Assembly (NCBI GenBank): GCA_048013815.1
Contig: CM106585.1
Span: 10,354,001 to 10,418,000, forward strand
Source: Setoptus koraiensis
Taxonomy: Eukaryota; Animalia; Arthropoda
Direction: 5' to 3'
Length of the DNA: 64,000 bases
In this document: positions 13,593 through 26,339 of the stretch, piece by piece
Layout of the letters: the number at the start of each line of letters is the position of its first letter
Numbering within the stretch: position 1 is the first letter of the stretch
Notes under the pieces: model-generated
Seen by the model: only the letters and a program-made list of their open reading frames with translations
Databases searched by the model: none
What the model was told of the DNA's origin: nothing
Position numbers and translations under genes: made by a program

Positions 13593-14123
13593 GCCCAGTT
13601 GCGTAATTGTTGTTGTTGTTGCTGGCGCTGCTGCGAGGCCGCGAATTGCGCCAGCGTCCACTCGTTCGCCTTCATTAGGTCGCTGGATGTGAATTAGCGC
13701 GTATATATGTATGGAGCCAACTGATGATGGGGACGAGCACGCGATTAATCAAGTTCTGTCAAATTGTTGTTGCCGTTGCTGTTGTCCACTTCTCTAATTA
13801 GCGAACTGGCTGCGCTACTTTTGGGGGCGCTGTCGCGCTCGCAGCGCCCCACTCACGGGGCTGCCAGTTGTGAATAGAGCGCGGCGCGCGGTGAATCTAT
13901 TCACATATCATCTCAGTGGGCGCTATGCGCGCATAACGGGCCGGCGCGGAGGCAAGAGAATTAAATGGCCACTAGCAATGACCACTCATTATAGGCAAGC
14001 GATCCAATTAGATGAGGTTGCAATGAGCCAATGAGTAGGCTTTGCACACACACACACACACACTCACGACCAACACAAACAAGCAAAAGAATAGTGATCA
14101 AGCAAAATGGTGATCAATTGGCG

Positions 14124-14160
<37 letters not shown>

Positions 14161-17100
14161 AAACAAACTAACGGCACTACCTGGCCCGCCGCTTATGCAA
14201 CACAAACATAACTGTCGGCTGGCCGCATTATTATAACCGCTCTATCAGCAGCAGGGGCCGCATACCCGCGCCTAGGTGACACATGGGTGCTAACTTGGCG
14301 AGTTTGCTCGTGGCTCGCGCTTGCCAGCAAGCAACCAGCCGCCGCCTGTTGTTGTGCAAATGCATGCAGTGGCGCAATATAGAGTGCTCATTTGCATAAT
14401 AATATTTCAATTGTGTGTAGTTGCCAATCATGGTAATTAGATTTGTCCCTTTCGCCTCTAGCCTTTCTGCGCGCCCTCTCCCCTTCTCGGGCGAGCTTGT
14501 GGCGGCGGATTTTTTCGCCGCTCGTAACCGCTCGTCCGCAACCGCCCGCCGCCTGCCGCCCGCCACCGCCTATAACCGAGCGCGACCGAACGCCGCCGAA
14601 CATGACCGAAATTGAGCGAGCCGAACAACGGGCAGCGCTGACCGGTATCACGCGGCGGCGCCCGACTGCGACAAATTATCCGCGCGCGCAACAATCGCGC
14701 CCAATCTCGCTCGGCCCAGTAACTCAACGGGCGCAAATATGCCGCCCAGGCCGGCGCGGCCGCCGCCAATAAACAGACCGCTAATAAACAGACCGCCAAG
14801 ATTAGTTAGCCGGGGCCCGTCGGCTTGAGCTGCTTAGCGCACCAACTGAGCGCATTAAATGAATTTGGCCCGCTCTCCTCTTTTGTGGCGTCGGAATCTT
14901 TGCGCGCGCTAATAGTTGTGGGCACACTTGAGATGACGACCGACGCAAGATGGCCCGGCGAGATGGCCGCGGGACGCTGCGAGCGATAGATGGAGCCACC
15001 GCGAGCCAGAGCGAGCGAGAGAGAGAGAGCGAGGGGACGGAGAGGGACGCTAGCCAGAAGAATGAGCGGCCAACAAAAGTGACCAGTAAGCAAAATAAAC
15101 AATTATGTAATGCGTGCAACGCGCGCCAGTTATAAACAAACGCCGGGCTGTTTGTACGTTGGCTTAGGCCGGCCCCCGACCGACAGCGGCTCGGGTGGCC
15201 AAAGTGAGGCCAGTCGAGAGATAGCGACCGCTAATGGCAATTAATTGATGAGTGCAATCAATCAAATCATTTCATCATGAACAGTCCGCCCATCGCTCTC
15301 ATTTGTCTCGTTTGTGCCCCCTCGCCTGTTTGATTCGCGCGCGCACACACTGTTACGTACTGTTACCACTTACGTAACAGCACTTATATAACGGCACCGC
15401 GGCTCCTTGATGAGCCGCTCACCAATAATGGGGGCGCTGAGGCTGGTATGCGTGAGTTTTTGCCCCTTTTGCCGCTGCACGGCTCATCTGCTCCACTCAC
15501 AGTGTGCGCGAGTCGGGCCGGCCGGCCGGCCCCGAGTGAAGCCGCTGACGCGTCCAGTCGACTCTGTATTACAGAGTCTGTATTACAGAGTCTGCAAGAC
15601 TGGGCCCGCGCGCGCAGTCGCTGCGGTCGCTGTGGTCGCTACGGCGGCCGCATAGCTCTAGGGGGGCCCGCCGCATAGCCGACATAGCGACTTTGGCGAC
15701 CGCAGCCGTGCGACATTCATGCAAATGTCGCCCCGTTGGCTCGTCCGCCATCACGAGCAAGCTTGTGCGCGCGTAATTGCGTCGCCCTTATTGTGCACAT
15801 GTGCCAATAATGAGCATGCAAATTAATTGAAGTGTAGCCAAGATAAAATGATGGCCGCGCACCGCCAGAGAGATATTTCGCGAACAAGTTTTATATATAT
15901 TATATATATTGGCGCATATCGGCGCCAGCGGATGTCGGCGAGCACATATCGGCCACTGCAGATCGGCATTGGCAGGTCGGCAGTGTCAGTCGGGCCCCAA
16001 CGACCCAGCGCACCCAATCAGCTGATTGGCGGCCCCATCTATTAGAGCCAGTGTGGTGGTCACTTTCAAACTGTCAAACTAACAACAACTTGTCAAAACT
16101 GGTGCCAAAGGGTGCCCAGATGACGACAGACGCAAACAAGAGACACAATTATCGCCCGGCAGCAGCAGCAGCGGCACACATGACATAACAGCACATAACA
16201 GCTGATTTGTCCAATTAATAATGATGATGGTCGCCGTTTGTTTTACACAGCTACCTGCGTTTATTACAGTAATTACTGATAATGAACGCACACACCCAGA
16301 CGACAGTCAGACAGCTAACTATCCACTTGATGGTATCGGGTATTTGCCCGGTTGGCCGAGCGGGCCGGCCGCTTGTCGAGCCCGGCCAACTGTAATTAAC
16401 TGGGCCGCGGCGCTGTAAACAAGAGTGCACAATCAGCTAAAAAAAAAAAAATTATAAGCGTCACGCGGTGACACTTGTCCGGCTCGCTCCGGCCCGAAAC
16501 CGTTGCGCCTGTAATAACGATAGCCGACAGCCGATAGCGGCCCGCTCGGCCAACCGGGCACGGCGGCCAGATTGGGCAAACCGGGGCTAACCAGCTAAAA
16601 ATAAACAACAATTTATATTCGGCCGGCCGTTATTTCGCGGGTTATTTTGCCCGCGTGACGGATTGATGCGCCAGCACGATCGACAATGTGCAATCTAGGT
16701 GCAACTTTGACAATGTGCCAACCGGCTCGAAATTGAATTGAATTGAATAGCCGGCCCAAGGTTGGCGAAAAGTCTCACGGCGGGTGCACTTGTTCCTCGA
16801 CAACAATAATTGCTCGTTGATCATTGCACAATCGTTATTGTTAGCGGCCATTATTCATTACGACAATGTTGTCGGCAACGCCGTCGCCAATGTTGCTGCC
16901 CAATGGTCAAGATCGGGCGCCAGGTAAGGCTGACACAGCAAAGCGAAACGTGTTTTTCTCGTTTATTGTGTTGAGATTGTTGTTGCTAATTTTTATTTTG
17001 TTCCCATTCTGTTTGTCGCGCGGCGCGTTTGTTTCGCCAATCAATAGTTGTTGACAATTAGCCGTTGTGCAATCGCCGACTGTGCCTCGCAAAACGGCAA

Positions 17101-17579
17101 ACAAACGCTTGACATTTGTAGGCGTCTGTATGCAAATCGAAAATTGACAGCGGCACCAAATGGCGGCACCATTGAGCGGCTGACCATTGAGCGACTGGCC
17201 AAGATATAACAAAGTGAATCAAACAAATGCAGCCTTTGTTGCAAATATTGTAACTGTGCCAATATTACAGTTAGTGCGAGCGCAGCAGACAGAAGCATTT
17301 TTGATTGCATAACAATGAAACAATAATAATAATAATAACAGTAGTAATAAATAATAATGATTGCGTCATCACACATTGCGACGACTAGCGGCCACTTCGG
17401 AATACAATGTATTATTCACTTTGAATGCACTATGACGCAATATGATGATTAATTGAAGTTGTTGGTACAATGCGATGAGGAGCCATATATAGAGAGGGCG
17501 CAATAGTGACCAACAACAAATGTCGGCTCACTGATTGGCGCAACAATCAGCCACTTAATTATTGCCGCCAGGTGTCGCA

Positions 17580-17709
17580 CAAGGTATTTGGAGAAAAAAA
17601 TGTTTTAACAATGTTTTTTGCATGGCAAATACTGTCTCTCCCAGTATTTGCCATGTAACCAAAAAAACTCTTTCAAGAGAAGAATTTCTCTTCAATATTC
17701 TCCAACTTG
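17580..17709. repeat. Nested inverted-repeat island
   Basis: 14-bp perfect stem 17621-17634/17642-17655, 7-bp stem 17675-17681/17686-17692, enclosing 8-bp stem 17588-17595/17698-17705. Confidence 0.85.
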
Positions 17710-20700
17710 TTTCTGCCTTTTGCTGGCAAGATTGTTGTGCTTGGCACGAGTATCGGCATCAACAATGTTGTCATCTGTACAACAATAACAACATTGTCAT
17801 GTCGTCGGCTTAATGTCACACCTGGTCTGATTTTAATGAGCGCTCATGTTTATGCAAATGCGTCGTCTTGGTGCATATGTCATCTTGATTAGATGACGAC
17901 GGCGCTCAATGAATGCTGCTAATTTATATAATGTCAACCATCCGGCAACACCTGACTGAGACAAGTTGGCCGGCCGACAGCAGTAACTAGTGTAATTATA
18001 ATTATATGCATGGGGCGCGATTGTTGTTGTCGTTGCTGTGTCTTGGCTCGGTTCGCAGCGCCGTTTCACTGGTAGCCGCAGCGGAAGTGGCACAGCGGAG
18101 TTTGCACGAGTTGCACGTGTGCCAAACTCGTGCAAACTCTGCTGTCTTGTGCCGCTGCTGCTAAGACCTTGTAGGCTGCAAGTTGCAGCACCGGCTATCT
18201 GCCGGATATCGGACCGCGCAAACAACCGCGCAAACAACCGCGCAAACAAACGCTCAAACAAACGTGCAAATAAGCGAGCGGCACACTCATTACGGGCAAC
18301 ACGCAGATAATTTATATGACTACTTTGGTCACTGCAACCATCCGACGAGCTTGTTAAGCTGGCTAGCTTGTCGGTCGCGGCTGCACGCAAAGTTATCACA
18401 GAGCCGCAGAGAGTTGCATCACTAATTACGCATGCAAGAATACTCATCAGTGTCATCATCACCATTACTGGTTATTATTATTGCGTAACTCATTAGCATT
18501 TCATTTGAATCATTGCAAGCGCATGTGCCACCAGACCAAACCAGCGACAGTTGTGAGCAGTGTCGCTCGCCAGTCTCAATAGTGCCAGAGCCAACCGCAA
18601 CGTGTTTGTGCGTGCGCGTCTGAGTCGAGGTGTGTACCTAGCGCAATTCGCGACTCGTGTGTGTGTGTGTGTGTGTGTTTGTGTGCGGCACAGACTGCGC
18701 GGCACAGACCTGTTAAGCGGGCGCACAACGGACCTGTGTGGCCCATGACGTGTTACATAACGTGCAACGTGCAACGTGCAACGTGCAACGTGCAACGGTT
18801 ATCATATCGGCTGTTGGGCATTGTCGGGTCGGCGCCGTGATGATAATGATAGTGATGATGACAAAGCAATGATCAAGCTCGCTCTCATCATCATTATAAT
18901 AATCAATCAGAGTTGCGAGGTGAGCTGAGCGCCTCGCTACCCGGGCCAGAGCGTGGCCAGCGCGGGCCTCGCTGGCCGGCTGATAGCAGCATTGATAGTG
19001 ACCGATAGGTTTGATGTAACGGTGAGAGCGAGTCGCACAGTGAGAGCTGTGAATTACGCGGCTTCGAGCGAGCGCCACCAATAGCAACAAACAGCGAAAA
19101 AAGTGAGAGCAAATAACGGCCACGAGCGCGCCACGAGAAACACCAAAAACTAATCAATCTTATGCTTATTATTATTATCATTTTCGTTTACGCCATTACT
19201 ACTAATATTATTGTTGAATGAACTCAAGCACCGTTACACTGGCACGAGTGGCGACCACTGCTCGCGCTCATGGCGCCAGCGGCCGCAGTGGACGTAGTGG
19301 TCAGTGTGGCCTTTAGTATGTGTTTGGTGTGAGCATTGCGTAAGTTGTTGGCGCGAGCGCGTATCTTGGTGCCATTAGCACCAACTTGAGCGTATCACAA
19401 TCCGCGCACACAATCCGCGCACAATACTCCGGCCATTGTCCAGTGGCTGGCTGTTTGCTTGTTTGGGGCCAGCAGCGGAATAATTATCTGCTGCTGGCGG
19501 CGTGGCGGCGTGGCGGCGTGGCGGCGCGTTATCGTGGCCGCTGAGAGAGATAAGATGGAGTCGATGATGATGATGAGTTTTCATTGGATTCATTAGTGGG
19601 CGCCCGCAGTGGGCGCCGCTATTCAAAATCGTCACGTTGTTGTTGTGTGTTGATTATCAAGCGGACGCTTTATCTCGCTGCGATCTCTACTTATTTATTT
19701 TCCAGGCCCCCCCCTTCCCCCAAACCAAACCAAACCGGCAAACCGACCCAAGCCAACTGGCCCACCGACGCATTTAAGCGCGCCGCGTGATGGGGCCCGC
19801 GCGTCGGGCGCCGCTCTTGTCAGAGCAGAGTGAGAGCGGAGATTGTTCTAGTTGAGCTGTGGTCAGTTGTGTGTCGGCGGCCACGAGTTTGCAAACTCAC
19901 TCGTATTTGCCTCTTGTGGGGGCCCGAGGAGGACTTTGTCTCTAGCAACTGCAGTGTCGCATCATCCATTGTATCCATTCATCCATTGTTGGTGTTGCCA
20001 GCAGCACACTCGCCGGCGAGCATCGTCGCTCTCAATGAACTGAGATGTCACCGCTCTGAGGCTGTTGTCGCGGCAATCGCCGGCAACTTGCCCAGCAGCG
20101 CCCAAGCTCAAGATTGGCCCAGATATCGCTGCCAGTGGCGCTCTCATCGCGCCGCAACGATTACGTAATGAACGTAAGCTCTCCCTCTCTCTCTCTCTCT
20201 TTTAATTCATATCTTCCACCAATCTGATTCTTATCTCTGTGTGTGTGTGTGTCCACTCTCGCTGACACGACCACTGACCAACTTCTCACACATGTCACAC
20301 TGGCAACTTGTTTGGCAACTGGTCGCCGGCCAATATGTGAGCAGCTAGTGTGAGTGCCGCTTTTGTGTGGTCACTTTGTGGGGCCAAAACGTAAATTTGA
20401 CCAATGTGGCCAAATTGTCCACTCATGTGAGCTTGCTCGCTATTTGTGCTGGGCCTGCCCCCACCCTCTTTCCCATGCAACATAACTGTTTGCTTTGTTT
20501 TTTCCCTTTTATTTTCACTCTATTTTTCCTTTATTTGCCCTCACTTTCCTCTTGTTTTGCCCTTATTTTCCCTTCTTTTTGAGCACACTCGCTCACTTTG
20601 TGCCCCTGGTGCCAACACCGAAACTATCAAGCGCCAATCGCAATGATCGATGATTTGTCGCCATTGTTGTTGTTGTTGTTGTTGTGTCTCGTCTCTATCC

Positions 20701-21158
20701 CACGAAACTCTCATAGCTTGCGACAACTTGCATCACCAACACAATCGTCACAAATGACACTCTCAATATCCGCCGCAACTTGCATCGCTTGACTCGCCAA
20801 TTAATTTCAATTGCTGCATTCATGACAATAGTCTGCAAATAGAGTAGAAAAAGGAAGAAAAACAGAAACAGGAAGTGACCACAAGCTGCTCTGACGCAAC
20901 CTTGTGAGTCAACCTGTACGAGTTGCGCCAGTGGCCTCATTGTCCATTCCGCACACACTTGCAACTTGTGAACGCGCCCCCATTGATTCATAATCCATTT
21001 GACCACCATTGCTAATTGTGGCTGCACCAAGATTTATATCGTATATTGTCGAATTTATCCTTCTGAAGATGCAATTCGAGAGCGGCTCTCAACAGCGACA
21101 ACCCATTTGCACTATTGACAGGAGTGAAAAGTTTGTTTGGTGTAGAGGTCGGCTCGAG

Positions 21159-21172
21159 GCGCCATCTAGTGG
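21159..21172 (-). promoter_or_regulatory. CTCF-consensus site
   Basis: Reverse complement CCACTAGATGGCGC, 14/14 to CCRSYAGRKGGCRS. Confidence 0.5.
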
Positions 21173-23865
21173 TGGGAACAATCACTCCTGCCCATTTGCA
21201 TAATTTGTTGATCAAGCAAAAGAGAGATGGCGCTTCTTCGTTTTCAACCAGCAACCGGCTCATGGGGCCCTGGGGCCTCTGGCTCAATTTCGGCTTGTCA
21301 AGTCAACTTTTTTTTCTTGCTCGTATCGTACCGAGAAACAGCTCTCGTTAATGGTTCAGTTTCGGTTGGCACGCTCACCGAGTGGTGGCGACAGCAAACA
21401 TGGCAAGTCCATTTAGCTGGCAGTATGTTGTAATGCCGGCCGTCTGGTCAGGATCGGTCCATCCATTAGACAATTTGCGTGAATTTGTGGCATCTATTTG
21501 CAAGTGTCGCCTGAGCGACAATTTTTCCATGGCCCGAGTTTATTCATTTAGCTTGGCGCCAAAAATTCAAAAAGTTGGAGGTTAAAAAGTTGACAGATCG
21601 GTCTCTGGCTCGGACTTGTGTCTTGGCTGCCATGATACAGCCAAGAAAAGTGTCGCCAAGCGAACTTGAGCTTGGCGAAACGGTCGAGAGAGAGAGAGAG
21701 AGCGGCCAGCAGAAGGAGCGGCGAGGAGTGGGCAAGACAAGGGGACAAGTCGTTGAAATTAATAACTAACAGGCAGTGAGCGGGATAATGATTGCTGGTG
21801 CGTCGGGCATTCCGGAGTATCATCAGCGGGCATGGAGTGGCCGCTGTAAATTGATATTCTCTGCGCCTTGTTATTGTTATTACTATTATTTTTTCCCTTT
21901 TGTCGCACTTTAGTTTAATCGCGCGTCGGGCACCCACTTAATATAGGCACTTGGCTGGCTGCTGCGCTCGGCCGGCCGCTCCGGCCTGCGCCCCCTCTCA
22001 CTGGGGCGCGCAAACATTTTATAATTTATAGTTATTATTATTTTAACTACTTCTTCTTTTTCTTTGATGGGCCCCCTTTGTTTTTGTTGGCGCGCCAGCG
22101 GGCCAGTTGCAGTGGCTCCGCTGGCGCGCAGTGCAATAGGGGGGGGAAGGGCCACCTCTTGAGTGTCGCCGGCCGTGGTGCCGCGCCAGGGCTTAAAAAG
22201 AGGCCCAGAGCCGACACAAACACGGCACAAGCGCGAGCTGCACGAATGGTAATCGTTCATTCAGCTGTTAGTTTGCCGGAATGGGCCCACCAGGCGATAA
22301 GTAGAGAGAAGAGGCAGTTAGTGGCACCGATGTGGCTAAGGTAAACGAGGGAGGGGGGCTTGTGCTCGCTTGCTTATGTAAGCCATTTGATACTTATGCA
22401 AATAAAGGCGCTGCTGCTGCTGCTGCCAGTGGGAGCCGCCAGTTGGCGGGGCTCGATCAGCGCCAAATGGTCGTTGTAGAGTTTAAAATTGATTAAGGAG
22501 ATTATCATTATTATTATATATTTATTACACAACTAGTCTCTCGCTTAGAAGCGTGGCTGTAATCGGGCGAGCGGCCAGAAGGGGCGCAACAGCAGCGAAA
22601 AAAACACACACCAGTAGCACTGCCAACTGACTCGTTTTGTCTAATGGCGGCGGGCCCCTCGGCTGGTCGTTTGAGCGCTGAAACTGGCTGATCGCGGGCA
22701 AGTTGTAACTGAATTAGCCTGTGAATGGTTGTTGCCACTTGTTTAAGCGACTCAACCGATCAGATCGGATCGGTTTGAATCGAATTGAATCGCTCAGTTG
22801 GCTGCCAACTTGCGATCACCAAATCGGCTCGCTTGCGTTCGAATCGGAAGCAGACGAAACGAAACGAAACGGAACCGAGTCGACGTGTTGTATCAAATCA
22901 CTTATGTGCAGTGTTTCATTCATTATTCTTTTTGCAAACTGTTCTTAAAACTCGCGAGCAGTCGTTAGAAGGGAGCAATATGCAAAAACTGATACACACT
23001 GATTATCTAACTCGTTTGCTAGCTGCTGCCCATTTTATTTAATGGCAACAGTAACACGTGCAAACAATGCCCAACGGTTTACTCGGTTGTTGTTGTCGCT
23101 GTCGTTGCTGTTGTTGTTGTTGTTGTCAGTTCCACTTGGAATAACTCTGAATCAAGTCCGTCCGTCTGTCCGTACGTCTGTCAGTTTGTTCCAAATTGAA
23201 CGCAACGGCAACAGCAACAACAATGGCGAAAGGGGAGAAAAAGTTTCTTCTATTATCATTATTGTTATTATTGTAACTTCACTTGTTAAAGTAGCAACTT
23301 TAACACACATCAGATACACTTTGGCTCACACTCACAAAATTATATAATAATCACACTCGTTCACACAATGTATGAAATGTATGAAATATTGCGTCATTGG
23401 CATTGTAACTATTTGAATCTTTTAAATTTAAATCATCCAACGGCAACCGATGTCTCACTTTATGCGATCACTTTATGCGATCGCTATCATGCGAGCATGT
23501 GTGAGGCCCATCTCGACGCGGGTGCTCTCGATATTTTGATACATGTATCTGAATGCGTGTGTCGAATCAGTCCGACGCTCGGATATGAATAATCCACACG
23601 GGGGCCCCGTCAAGAGCTGGCCTCGGCTGGGCTCGACTTTGGGTGGGCCCGAGTGGCGAGAGTAGAGAGTAAATTCAATTAATATGCGTGAATCAAGCGA
23701 AATTCTCGGCAACTCGGCGCCGTTGAGCGTCTTATCGATCATCGGCATTAAGACTAATTTCCTCCAGATGCCAAATGCCCAGATGCGACTATCATCCGCT
23801 AATCTTCGCTGCCGCTCTTATACTTATGCCGCTCTCCTGTATTTATCTACTTATATCACTTGCAG

Positions 23866-23940
23866 TGTTCAGGACACACGTTACATGATTGAGGCCGGAC
23901 GAGGCGCCACCTATCTATTGCCGCATATACTTTGCAAAAG
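23866..23940 (+). other. Candidate upstream exon (75 nt), possibly carrying an ATG
   Basis: Long pyrimidine tract CTCCTGTATTTATCTACTTATATCACTTGCAG| and exact donor AAAG|GTAAGT; one frame open (MIEAGRGATYLLPHILCK, ATG 23885). Confidence 0.45.
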
Positions 23941-26251
23941 GTAAGTGACTGCTTTTGCGCTGACTTGCGGGCTTTTGAGCCGGCCAGGTGAGCCGTCGAA
24001 TGTGAGGGGAGCGCATCCCTCGGTGCTCATCCATGGATAAGCATCCGCGAATGGGCTCCATATCGAACAGTTTGATCACTATATATATACAAATATACAA
24101 ATATACATTCTTTGTTGATGATAAATTGTGTCTCGGCGCGCCATGTTTCTGTGAGAGATGCGCGCACAGGCGAGTTTTATTAGGCGACTTTTATTAGGCG
24201 AGTTGCATGGCGAGTAGTGTGGGGCCCAGGCGCGAGACGAGAAGAGCCCCATTGTGTGGCGATGATACAAGTGAGTGTGTAAAACAACAACAGAAACAAA
24301 TTGTCTCGAGCTGGCGAAATGTGAGCGAAATTTCAAAAGCCAAAAAGCGATTTGAGATGTGCCCAACCGGCGAGGCTTGCATCGACAATGATGATAGTTT
24401 CCGTTATTTGGGCGCTATCTATAGAAAAGGGTTGAGTTTAAGTGGTGGGCCCGAGGCGATAATCGACATTGCCTGTCAGCGGCGCTGCTGTCGATAGCCG
24501 CCGATGAGCGTTCAGGCGGCGATACGCGAACAGACAACGTATAACAGCAAGCAAGTCAATATTCGGCTTGATCCGTTGCTCGAGTGGGGGCCACATTGAT
24601 TAGAGTTGTCACTAGATTGATATTACTTAGTCTGGCCCCCATACAAATGGGGCCCCTCTTTGGCTGCACTTCGGCGCCCTTCTCACTCAGAGTCGCAAGT
24701 CGCCACTCGAGACAGCGAAAAGTGAAAAGTAAAAAGCGAAAAGTGTATAGCTGATCATTGCGTCATCATATAGGCTTAAGTATAACCATTACTGCCGGCA
24801 GCCAGAGAGCTAGTTAAAGAACTACTAACAGATAATTCCATCTCTATGTATGTTTAAAATTCTCATTTTATCTATTGGCTTCCGTGAAACGCGCCAACCC
24901 CCGACGCAACCGTCAGCTGTTGTGCGGTGCAAAACGAGACAAAAGATATAGAGAGAAAACTTGAAGAGTTTTGCCAGAGAGTGTTGTTGTCTCTGCCGCT
25001 GTTGTCGCTGTTGTTGCCGTTGTTGTTGCTGTTGCTGTTGCCGCTGTTGTTGCTGTTGCCGCAGTTGTTGGCGTGCTACTACAACACTACTGCAACTCTC
25101 TGCAGTAACTAGAGTAATTTACTTTTGCTATCACTGTATCAAACACACACACACACACACAATGCTGCCAAAAGGAGCTTCGGCAACAAGATAAAAGGGT
25201 AAAAGCTGACCGACTTGGTGATATGGGGGCGCCGCCTGATATTGCTGCCTGTGCGATTAGTGCCAGTAGTCGCTTATTGGGGCCCGCTCAAAGAAGATGG
25301 CCCCGTTGAACGGGGGGGGGGGAAACAACGCGCTTCTCTAGTGCCAACACACCGAATGCGCCCCACTGAAAACAGAGTTTTCAACTTAAAATTCTTTAGC
25401 TTCCCCCCTTTGGCTTTTCAGCAGGAATATTTTCATTCTCTCCCTTCTTGGCCCGCTTAACTTGCCCGGCTGGCCTCATCTGGCTGGTTCACTGGGGCGC
25501 CGCCAGTTCAAAGCAACGCGAGCGACTTTATCTTCGACTCTCACAGAGTGTAAGCTTTACATAATTAATAATTCACTGCCTGAAGCAACGATTATTTTGG
25601 TCGCACATTGTGTGTGTGTGTACTTAACTACTAATGTCTGTATACTACTACCAGCGATGCTTTTAATCGCAAGATGGGGCCCCAATAAGGATCCCCATAG
25701 CGAGTGAGTGTGGGTGGGTGGGTGTGTGTGTGTGTGCGTTTGTGAGATAAAAAACGGGCGACAACGAGGGCTCTTTATTAGAATCGCAATGAACAAGCAA
25801 TCTTAAGCGATCGTATTTATATATATATAAATATACGATATATAAATATATTCCGAGCAACGATGGCCAACATCATTAGTGTGTGTGTGCGCCTTTTCTA
25901 ACTGTTTATTTCGAAACTGGCTGAAGTTTAGTTGAGACTGCGTTTGTTTTTTTTTCTTGGAAAAAACTGAAAAAAAAAATTGCGCAATTTCATCGCACAC
26001 TCTCAGCCAGAAAAAAAAACGCTCGCTTCTGGGTCAACAATCGGGCCACAATCGGATAATTTTTTCATATGCAAACTGCTTCTTGCGCCCCCGTTGGCCG
26101 CACTTGCTTGCGCGCTTGACACATCCGCTGGCGGATGAGACAGCAATTTTATCGGTCGGTCCGACGAGACCGACGACCGACCACGAGGGACGGCGATGAC
26201 TGGCGAAAGGGCAGCATTTCCTGGCCAAATGCAGCCGATGAGCGCATCGGA

Positions 26252-26339
26252 TTAGAAATTATGAGGCCTAGAAATTATTAGTCTTAGAAATTATTGGGCT
26301 TGGAAATTATTGGGCTTGGAAATTATTGGACTTGGAATT
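26252..26339. repeat. 16-bp minisatellite (TTGGAAATTATTGGGC-like) x5.5
   Basis: Units change progressively along the array. Confidence 0.9.
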
